A stretch of 64,000 nt of DNA from Patescibacteria group bacterium. GTDB lineage: Bacteria > Patescibacteriota > Microgenomatia > Curtissbacterales > GWA2-41-24. Under the pieces are notes generated by a model. It was not told the DNA's origin. It saw only the letters and a program-made list of their open reading frames with translations, and searched no databases. Shown here piece after piece: positions 57,121 to 64,000 of the stretch (position 1 is its first letter; each line of letters starts with the position of its first letter). The translations under genes were made by a program, and so were the position numbers. The stretch is from positions 9,751 through 73,750 of the forward strand of contig JBBTUN010000001.1 in NCBI GenBank assembly GCA_038063735.1, in the 5' to 3' direction.

Positions 57121-57575
57121 TTTGATATAAAACTGTTTAGCGCTTCCAGTGTCGCGTATATGTTTGAAGCCTGATTTTTGGTTCCTAAAACCTTGCTTGA
57201 AATGTTGCTTATGCCTGCAGCTTCCACAACCGATCTAACTGCTCCACCTGCAATTACACCAGTGCCTTCCGGCGCCGGCTTTAAGAGAATTTTGGCAGCT
57301 CCTCTTTTTATGTATATGTCGTGCGGTATTGTGCCGTTTATAATTGGTACGTTAATTAAGTGTTTTTTTCCAAGACTTATGGCTTTTCTGATTGCCGATG
57401 CGACATCTTTTGATTTGCCAAGTCCAACACCTACCCTGCCCTTTCTATCTCCAACCACGACAAGCACAGAAAATCTCATTTGATTTCCACCTTTGGTTTT
57501 TTTGGATACCCTATTTACTGAGATAACTTTCTCTTCGAACTCCCTATTTTCCTGATAATAGTCTGGCCTTGCCAT
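57117..57575 (-). CDS. rpsE: 30S protein S5
   Basis: [21 protein letters not shown]. Confidence 0.96.
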   Translation of the reverse strand: MARPDYYQENREFEEKVISVNRVSKKTKGGNQMRFSVLVVVGDRKGRVGVGLGKSKDVASAIRKAISLGKKHLINVPIINGTIPHDIYIKRGAAKILLKPAPEGTGVIAGGAVRSVVEAAGISNISSKVLGTKNQASNIYATLEALNSFISK

Positions 57576-57910
57576 TAAAAAGTCAGCCCTCCTTCTCTGG
57601 CACCATCTGCAAGAGCTTTAACTCTGCCGTGATACTTGTAACCTGCTCTATCAAAAACAACATTTTTTACGTCTTTTTTTACACCGATTTTTGCAATATC
57701 AAGACCAGTTTCTTTGGCTTTTTGTAAGTTACTTTTCTTTTCAATCTTGGTGTCTGATGTTGCTGCAATTGTTTTTGAAGCATTGTCATCTATTATTTGA
57801 GCATAAATATGTTTATTTGACCTGAACACCACTAGCCTTGGATAAGTTTTCTTAAGGTGACTTTTGACTCTTTGGTGTCTTATTTGTCTCTGAGTTTTTT
57901 TATTTTTCAT
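57575..57910 (-). CDS. rplR: 50S protein L18
   Basis: [25 protein letters not shown]. Confidence 0.96.
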   Translation of the reverse strand: MKNKKTQRQIRHQRVKSHLKKTYPRLVVFRSNKHIYAQIIDDNASKTIAATSDTKIEKKSNLQKAKETGLDIAKIGVKKDVKNVVFDRAGYKYHGRVKALADGAREGGLTF

Positions 57911-58458
57911 TACGCAGTACCTCCTGCTTTTACAGCCTTACCTGCTTTTCTTCTTATAAATTCACCCATATACTTTATGCCTTTTCCTTTATAGGGCTCC
58001 GGTGGTCTTACTCTTCGGATTTTTGCTGCAGTTTCTCCAACTAAGACTTTATCCGCGCCGGAAACTATTATTTTATTCTCTTTTGTATCAATTTGAATTC
58101 CAGGTATTTGCGCTATAACAACTGGATGTGAATAGCCCACGTTTAATACTAAACTTTCACCTTGCTTTAGCGCCCTGTATCCAACGCCTACCAATTCAAG
58201 TGTTTTTTCATGACCGTTTGACACACCAGTTACCATATTAGCAATGACACTTCTTGTCAGACCATGCAAAGATTTTGCAAGCTTAGTTTCCGAATTTCTG
58301 GTCACCTTAATTTCGTTATCGGTAATAGCCACCTTTATTTCCGGCCTAAGCTGAAAATTTAATGTGCCCTTAGGGCCAGTTATTCCAATTTCGTGATCGA
58401 TAACTGCTGCACTTACTCCAAGTGGTATTGTTATTGGCATTTTTCCTATCTTTGACAT
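57910..58458 (-). CDS. rplF: 50S protein L6
   Basis: [14 protein letters not shown]. Confidence 0.96.
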   Translation of the reverse strand: MSKIGKMPITIPLGVSAAVIDHEIGITGPKGTLNFQLRPEIKVAITDNEIKVTRNSETKLAKSLHGLTRSVIANMVTGVSNGHEKTLELVGVGYRALKQGESLVLNVGYSHPVVIAQIPGIQIDTKENKIIVSGADKVLVGETAAKIRRVRPPEPYKGKGIKYMGEFIRRKAGKAVKAGGTA

Positions 58459-58471
58459 AAATTATTGTCCT

Positions 58472-58846
58472 TTACCATACAAGGCAAATGACTTCCCCTC
58501 CTAAGTTTTTCTTTTTTGCATTTTCTGATGTCATGACCCCATATGGCGTTGAAATTATATAAGTTCCACGGCCACCTTTTAGACTGGCTATTTTTTTACT
58601 TTTTGTATAAACACGTAGTCCAGATTTTGAAACTCTTTTAATTTCATTTATCCTGGATTTGTTTTCTCTATAAATTAAACTTATAGAAAGTTTTAATTCG
58701 TTTTTCTGAACTTTTCCGATATATCCACCGCTTTCCAATGCTTTTGCTACCTCTTGTCTAAATTTAGAATAGGGAACAGTGACCGTTTCTTTTTTGGCCA
58801 TATACCCGTTTTTAATTGTAGTAATCATGTTTGCAATCGGATCCAT
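58472..58846 (-). CDS. rpsH: 30S protein S8
   Basis: MDPIANM, SKSGLRVY, GGEVIC. Confidence 0.95.
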   Translation of the reverse strand: MDPIANMITTIKNGYMAKKETVTVPYSKFRQEVAKALESGGYIGKVQKNELKLSISLIYRENKSRINEIKRVSKSGLRVYTKSKKIASLKGGRGTYIISTPYGVMTSENAKKKNLGGEVICLVW

Positions 58847-58874
58847 CAAATTTTCCTTTCTGTTTTCTTAATCT

Positions 58875-59060
58875 TTACCATGATGATTTTTTAACTCCCG
58901 GTATTTCTCCCCTATGTGCTAAATCGCGAAAACAAAGTCTGCAAATTTGAAACTTGCCTATGAAACCCCTAGGCCTTCCACACAAGCGACATCTGTTTCT
59001 GTGCCTTATTTCAAATTTTTGTTTTTTATCGTTTTTTACTATTTTCGATTTTTTTGCCAT
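58875..59060 (-). CDS. rpsN: 30S protein S14 (type Z)
   Basis: [24 protein letters not shown]. Confidence 0.96.
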   Translation of the reverse strand: MAKKSKIVKNDKKQKFEIRHRNRCRLCGRPRGFIGKFQICRLCFRDLAHRGEIPGVKKSSW

Positions 59061-59061
59061 T

Positions 59062-59601
59062 TTATTTTTTAAAAGGTAATCCTAGTAATTCCAAAAGCCT
59101 TTTAGATTTTTGCGGGTCACCATTTTTAATAACAATTGTTATAACCAGTCCCCTGGTTTTATCAATTTTTGAGTATTCCAGTTGAGGAAATAAAAATTGT
59201 TCTGTCATTCCAAAACTATAGTTGCCTTTCGTGTCAAACTTATCTTCCGAGAATCCTCTAAAATCTCTAATTCTAGGTGCTACTATTTTTGCCAGTTTTT
59301 CTAAAAAATCCCATGCTTTCTTACTGCGAAGCGTAACCATAACGCCGATAGGATCTTTTTCCTTTAATTTAAAGGTCGATATGGATTTTTTTGCTAAGGT
59401 AATCCTTGGCTGTTGACCGGTAATAATCGCTAACTGCTCTTTAATTTTATCCAGGACATCTTTACTTGTTAATGCTTCTGACGCGCCCACATTTACAACT
59501 ATCTTTACAACTTTAGGCAATGCCATATTGTTCGTGGCCTTAAACTCTTCTTTTAGTTTAGGTATAACATCATTTTGATAAACAGTTAATAAATTGTTCA
59601 T
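59062..59601 (-). CDS. rplE: 50S protein L5
   Basis: [20 protein letters not shown]. Confidence 0.96.
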   Translation of the reverse strand: MNNLLTVYQNDVIPKLKEEFKATNNMALPKVVKIVVNVGASEALTSKDVLDKIKEQLAIITGQQPRITLAKKSISTFKLKEKDPIGVMVTLRSKKAWDFLEKLAKIVAPRIRDFRGFSEDKFDTKGNYSFGMTEQFLFPQLEYSKIDKTRGLVITIVIKNGDPQKSKRLLELLGLPFKK

Positions 59602-59924
59602 TTAGATTCCTTTTTATTTGTTATTATTCCTTTACATTTTTTACATACTCTCACTTTATTTTTTCCTTCTTCTTTAAAATTGACTTTAGTTTGCTTACCA
59701 CACTTAGGACAGATTAGTGCAACATTGGAAATTGGAAGTGGGCGAGTGACTTCGAATATTCCCGCTGCCTGGGTTTTTGTCGCTTTTTTGTGTCTTTTAT
59801 ATATGTTTATTCCACCCACTACAATTTTATTTTCGCGAGTTATAACTTTTTCTATCTTTCCTTTTTTGCCCTTATTTCCACCGCTAGTTACGAAAATTTC
59901 ATCTCCAACTTTTAATTTAAACAT
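59598..59924 (-). CDS. rplX: 50S protein L24
   Basis: KVGDE, KGKKG, SNVALICPKC. Confidence 0.95.
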   Translation of the reverse strand: MFKLKVGDEIFVTSGGNKGKKGKIEKVITRENKIVVGGINIYKRHKKATKTQAAGIFEVTRPLPISNVALICPKCGKQTKVNFKEEGKNKVRVCKKCKGIITNKKESK

Positions 59925-59925
59925 T

Positions 59926-60294
59926 TTAAATAACCTCCTTGGCTAGCGAAGCAATTTTTGCAAAGCCTTTTTTCTTTATCTCGCTGGCAATGGGTCCAAA
60001 AACGCGTGTCGCTCTTGGTAGGTTGTTGTTATCTATAACAACTGCTGCATTATCCGAAAATCTGATATATGAACCGTCTTTTCTTCTGGTTTCTTTTCTT
60101 GTTCGTACAATTACGGCCTTTACAATTTCATGGTCTTTAACTTGAGTATTTGGTATTGCACCACGGACAGTACAAGTGACAATATCGCCAATTCTTGCAA
60201 AACGCTTACCACAGCCTTTGCCCAAGCCAATTACTACCAAGTTTTTGGCTCCGCTGTTGTCCGCTGCTTTAAGAAATGATCTTGGCATTAACAT
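59926..60294 (-). CDS. rplN: 50S protein L14
   Basis: ADNSGAK, RKDGSYIRF, TRVFGP. Confidence 0.96.
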   Translation of the reverse strand: MLMPRSFLKAADNSGAKNLVVIGLGKGCGKRFARIGDIVTCTVRGAIPNTQVKDHEIVKAVIVRTRKETRRKDGSYIRFSDNAAVVIDNNNLPRATRVFGPIASEIKKKGFAKIASLAKEVI

Positions 60295-60522
60295 TTATTT
60301 AACTACCTCCGTTGTTTTAAAGTGGACAGTTTTAGAAATTGGTTTTGTTTCGATTATTTTTACTTTATCTCCAACTTGAACTCCCAATTCGTCATGCGCT
60401 TTTATGTTTTTAGATTTAGTTATCAACTTTTTGTAAAGAGGGTGCTTTACTTTTGAAACTATTTTAACGACGACAGTTTTTTCCATTTTATTGGATGTTA
60501 CTATCCCTGTTTTAATCTTCAT
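60295..60522 (-). CDS. rpsQ: 30S protein S17
   Basis: KMEKTVVV, HPLYKK, ETKPISKT. Confidence 0.95.
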   Translation of the reverse strand: MKIKTGIVTSNKMEKTVVVKIVSKVKHPLYKKLITKSKNIKAHDELGVQVGDKVKIIETKPISKTVHFKTTEVVK

Positions 60523-60760
60523 TTTCTTTCTCCTTATCCTTTACATCATTTTTCACAATATTTGCTTTTGAAGTTACTCTAAGAAATGTCATAATTCTCG
60601 CTATGTCTTTCCTTTTGCTATTTGCAAGATGAACATTTTTTACTTGTCCCATTTTTGATTGCACTCGCGTCTCGGTTAACCCATGACGAGCGTCTGTTTC
60701 TTTCTTTTTAAGGTCCAGATAATTTTTTGTCCTTAAATCTTTTAAATCTTTCTTTTTCAT
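60512..60760 (-). CDS. rpmC: 50S protein L29
   Basis: Operon position; RKDIARIMT. Confidence 0.88.
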   Translation of the reverse strand: MKKKDLKDLRTKNYLDLKKKETDARHGLTETRVQSKMGQVKNVHLANSKRKDIARIMTFLRVTSKANIVKNDVKDKEKENED

Positions 60761-60762
60761 TT

Positions 60763-61167
60763 TTATCTAATTATTAATTTTGTTTTAATAGGCAGTTTGT
60801 GGGCAGCAAGTCGCATTGCTTCCTGGGCGATTTTATCCTCGACTGAACCCATTTCGAAAAGGATCGTGCCTGGCTTAACTACGGCTACATAGTGATCTAC
60901 GTCTCCCTTACCCGAGCCCATCCGGGTTTCTGCGGGTTTTTTAGTAACTGGTTTATCAGGGAAAATTCTAATCCAGATTCTTCCACCTCTTTTTGTGTAA
61001 TGCGTCATTGCCCGACGGGCGGCTTCAATCTGTCTGGCAGTAATCCAAGCACATTCCTGACTTTTTAGGCCATGAGACCCAAATGCCAACATGCTTCCTC
61101 GGGTTGCGACACCACCTCTTCTATTTCTAAACTGTTTTCTATACTTTGCTCTTTTAGGCGCGAGCAT
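60763..61167 (-). CDS. rplP: 50S protein L16
   Basis: QIEAARR, IFPDKP, RMGSGKG. Confidence 0.97.
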   Translation of the reverse strand: MLAPKRAKYRKQFRNRRGGVATRGSMLAFGSHGLKSQECAWITARQIEAARRAMTHYTKRGGRIWIRIFPDKPVTKKPAETRMGSGKGDVDHYVAVVKPGTILFEMGSVEDKIAQEAMRLAAHKLPIKTKLIIR

Positions 61168-61233
61168 ATAACCTCCTTTGAAGGAATTTAAAATTTATAG
61201 TTTCTAATTCTGTATATTTCATTTATTTACTTT

Positions 61234-61878
61234 TTAGAGAATTCCCTCTCCTTTATATATCCAAACTTTAATCCCTACTATTCCGGCTTTTGGTACTTTG
61301 GCATGAACCTTTGCAAAGTCAATTTGTGCTCTTAATGTCTGCAGTGGTATTGCCCCATCTTTTACGGTTTCGCGCCTTGCGATTTCAGATCCACCAAGTC
61401 TGCCGGCAAGAGAAATTTTTGCTCCTTTTGCACCAGATCTTTTAACTCTTTCCAGTGACTGGTTTATTACCCTACGGAAAGGGATTCTTCTCATAAGCTG
61501 ATCTGAGACATTGATCGCAACCAGATATGCATCCAAATCCGGGTATTTTACCTCTTCAAATTTTATTTCTAATTTTCCCGGATCCTTGATTTTAAATTCT
61601 TTTAGCAAACTTGATTTTAGCTGCTCTGCACCGGCACCTCCCCTACCGATTGCGACACCTGGACGAGAAACGTGAATACTTATTGTTCGTTTATCAAAAA
61701 ATCTTTCAATTTCAACCTTAGATATTCCGGCATTTTTAAGGTTATACATTAAAAATTTTCTAATTTTTTGATCCTCCAGCAGGTTTTCTCCAAAAACACC
61801 CTTTTTTGCAAACCATCTGGAAGACCAGGTATAAATACCACCCATTCTAAAACCTATCGGATTAACTTTTTGTCCCAC
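61234..61878 (-). CDS. rpsC: 30S protein S3
   Basis: GTG start GQKVNPIGFR, PLQTLRA, GIKVWIY. Confidence 0.96.
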   Translation of the reverse strand: MGQKVNPIGFRMGGIYTWSSRWFAKKGVFGENLLEDQKIRKFLMYNLKNAGISKVEIERFFDKRTISIHVSRPGVAIGRGGAGAEQLKSSLLKEFKIKDPGKLEIKFEEVKYPDLDAYLVAINVSDQLMRRIPFRRVINQSLERVKRSGAKGAKISLAGRLGGSEIARRETVKDGAIPLQTLRAQIDFAKVHAKVPKAGIVGIKVWIYKGEGIL

Positions 61879-62269
61879 CGGAAACCTCCTTTTGATTTTC
61901 TTTTTTATCTTCCAGGGGATTTGTCTCTTTTTTCTGTTTTTCGCCCGAAAGTACAATTCTTATATTGCTTGTTTGTTTTTTTATCGAGTGGGCTCTTCCC
62001 CTGGAAACCGGCCTATATCTTTTAAAAACAATGCCCTTTGTTACATTTATTTCTTGGAAGGTTAAGCTGTTTTCATCCAGTTCAAAATTATTTTTTGCAT
62101 TGGCAATAGCCGACATAATAGCTTTTTTCAACGGCATTGAGGGCTTGTTTGGCACAAAATCCAAGATCTCAATCGCTTTTGCAGGCTTCATTTTTTTAAT
62201 TTGCGCCACAACAAGTCTAATCTTTTGAGGAGATATTCTAATATTTTTCGCAATTGCTACTGCTTCCAT
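61862..62269 (-). CDS. rplV: 50S protein L22
   Basis: RISPQKIRLV, SAIANA, RGRA. Confidence 0.96.
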   Translation of the reverse strand: MEAVAIAKNIRISPQKIRLVVAQIKKMKPAKAIEILDFVPNKPSMPLKKAIMSAIANAKNNFELDENSLTFQEINVTKGIVFKRYRPVSRGRAHSIKKQTSNIRIVLSGEKQKKETNPLEDKKENQKEVSGGTKS

Positions 62270-62271
62270 AA

Positions 62272-62556
62272 TTATTTTTTGGCTGTTGCCTTTTCTGTTA
62301 TTTTTCCATGACCTCTAAACGTCCTTGTTGGAGAAAATTCTCCGAGTCTGTGCCCAACCATGGGCTCCGAAACAAAAACGTTAATAAACGTTCGGCCATT
62401 GTGCACAGAAAAAGTGTGGTTTACAAATTCCGGTGCAATTTGGCAGTGTCTCGCCCAGGTTTTAATTGCCGCCTTTTGACCGCTTTCTTTTTGACTCATT
62501 ACTTTTTTTAATAATTTTGGGTCTACGTATGGACCTTTTTTACTTGATCTTGCCAT
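62272..62556 (-). CDS. rpsS: 30S protein S19
   Basis: RSSKKGP, VHNG, GHRLGEF. Confidence 0.97.
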   Translation of the reverse strand: MARSSKKGPYVDPKLLKKVMSQKESGQKAAIKTWARHCQIAPEFVNHTFSVHNGRTFINVFVSEPMVGHRLGEFSPTRTFRGHGKITEKATAKK

Positions 62557-63377
62557 TATTTGTTTCTCCTCGACAAAATAAATTTGCCTGACGGTTTCTT
62601 TTTGCTTCTTGTTTTTCCAGCAGCAGGTTTACCTTGTCTTGTTTTAGGATGCATACCAACACCGCTCTTACCTTCTCCTCCACCATGTGGATGAGAATTT
62701 GGATCCATTGCAACTCCTCGTACCTTAGGTCTTCTGCCCATATGGCGGGATTTTCCTGCTTTGCCAAGTGATGTATTTTTCCAATCAATATTGCCTATCT
62801 GGCCGATGGTTGCAAAACAAGATGCATTTACTTTTCTTACTTCTTTTGAAGGAAGTTTGAGATGAACATATTTGCCTTCTTTTGCGGCAACTATTGCTGC
62901 TGCACCCGCGCTTCTAACAATTTGTCCTCCACAACCCGGCATTAATTCAATGTTATGTACAAATGTCCCAATCGGCATATTAATAAGGGGCATTGCATTG
63001 CCAGCTTTAATGGGAGTTTTGGCGGCTGCCGATATTTTATCGCCGATTTTTAAATCAAGAGGTGCCAGTATATACCTTTTCTCCCCATCTTTATAATGAA
63101 TCAGCGCAATGTTTGCCGTTCTGTTCGGATCGTATTCAACAGATGCAACAGTTCCCTCAATTTCTCTTTTGTTTCTTTTAAAGTCAATTTCGCGGAAATT
63201 TCTTTTATGGCCACCGCCCTTACCTCTTACTGTAATGGTGCCATTTGATCTTCCTGCGGTTTTATTGAGACTACTTATTAAGGTTCTTTCCGGCTTTGTT
63301 TTTGTAATTTCGGTAAAGCCAAGACCAGTCTTAAATCTTTGGCCGGGGCTTGTTCCTTTGTAAACTCTTAGTGACAT
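62556..63377 (-). CDS. rplB: 50S protein L2
   Basis: [20 protein letters not shown]. Confidence 0.97.
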   Translation of the reverse strand: MSLRVYKGTSPGQRFKTGLGFTEITKTKPERTLISSLNKTAGRSNGTITVRGKGGGHKRNFREIDFKRNKREIEGTVASVEYDPNRTANIALIHYKDGEKRYILAPLDLKIGDKISAAAKTPIKAGNAMPLINMPIGTFVHNIELMPGCGGQIVRSAGAAAIVAAKEGKYVHLKLPSKEVRKVNASCFATIGQIGNIDWKNTSLGKAGKSRHMGRRPKVRGVAMDPNSHPHGGGEGKSGVGMHPKTRQGKPAAGKTRSKKKPSGKFILSRRNK

Positions 63378-63400
63378 TTTATTGGTAAAGTAACGTTAGG

Positions 63401-63832
63401 TTACTCGCTTTCCTCCTTTTTATTTTCTTGCTTGTTTTCTTGTTTTGGCTTGCCTATTCGTGACAGGAGACCCTTTTTCTCCTTGCTGCCCTTTAATGAT
63501 TCTTTTGCTTTTGACACTTTTGATGTTTTCTTCTCTGCCTCTTTTTTGGGTGAGAGCAAGGCTATACTTTGTCCGGACATTAAGTAAACAAGCGCTTTCT
63601 TACGAACACCTGTTGAAACCTGCTTTCTGGTTCCACTGATTTTCTTTTTCTTTCCAGACATGGTCAGTACGTTTACTTTTTTCACTTTCACCGAAAATTG
63701 TTTTTCTACAGCTTTTTTAATTTCGTACTTAGTTGCAGTCTTGTTTACAAAAAAGCTGTAAATTCCTGATTCCATAAATGAATAAGCTTTTTCGGAAAGC
63801 AGGGCTTTTTTAATTACATAACTTGTTTTCAT
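63401..63832 (-). CDS. rplW: 50S protein L23 with charged C-terminal extension
   Basis: SEKA, EIKKAVE, KKALV. Confidence 0.93.
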   Translation of the reverse strand: MKTSYVIKKALLSEKAYSFMESGIYSFFVNKTATKYEIKKAVEKQFSVKVKKVNVLTMSGKKKKISGTRKQVSTGVRKKALVYLMSGQSIALLSPKKEAEKKTSKVSKAKESLKGSKEKKGLLSRIGKPKQENKQENKKEESE

Positions 63833-64000
63833 ACAAATTTCTCCAAAGCATCTTTTGAAAAAATAATGCTATTATTGTTCCAAACCAGATACGCATTTAA
63901 GTTTGCGGGTGTTTCAACAAACGTGTTTGGGATATTTCTGGAAGCGAGGCTTACGTTTTTGCTTTTTTCGCCGACTACAAGTAGTACATGTTTTTTGGCA
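63829..64000 (-). CDS. rplD: 50S protein L4 (3' end only)
   Basis: Manual translation ...LASRNIPNTFVETPANLNAYLVWNNNSIIFSKDALEKFV*; operon position. Confidence 0.88.
   Translation of the reverse strand, partial: AKKHVLLVVGEKSKNVSLASRNIPNTFVETPANLNAYLVWNNNSIIFSKDALEKFV

Noticed and set aside
1-64000. CRISPR array, rRNA, prophage, transposase or a second VR
   Set aside because: None recognised by eye; a diverged second VR cannot be excluded without an alignment search.

Overview
A 64 kb low-GC stretch of bacterial chromosome using the standard code. It looks like Patescibacteria/CPR, probably Microgenomates-like; this is inferred from the absence of rpmD/L30 in the spc operon, short AspRS and GluRS, and near-leaderless genes. 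Most of it is housekeeping: gltX, aspS, recJ, cca, secDF, miaAB, HU, rny, recX, recA, tRNA-Pro, RNase P RNA and the S10-spc-alpha ribosomal cluster. It also carries a large purine-biosynthesis cluster with two archaeal-type PurP paralogues and a PurN-PurD fusion. The main feature is a diversity-generating retroelement (DGR) at about 20.5-23.2 kb, between rdgB and guaA. It has an RT, a 121-bp TR/VR pair whose 24 mismatches all fall on TR adenines, and a 253-aa target gene with a perfect consensus promoter. Its layout is odd: avd lies antisense between TR and RT and is out of frame at a C10 tract right after its ATG (a candidate phase-variable switch), and the TR sits in a structured RNA with its own promoter. 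Other unannotated signals are a Leu/Ile/Val-rich leader peptide with full attenuator geometry ahead of an orphan 55-aa gene, an MshB-like plus MshC-like gene pair, in-frame palindromic inserts in guaA and cca, and two interrupted genes. All calls come from reading the sequence and motifs by eye; no searches were run.
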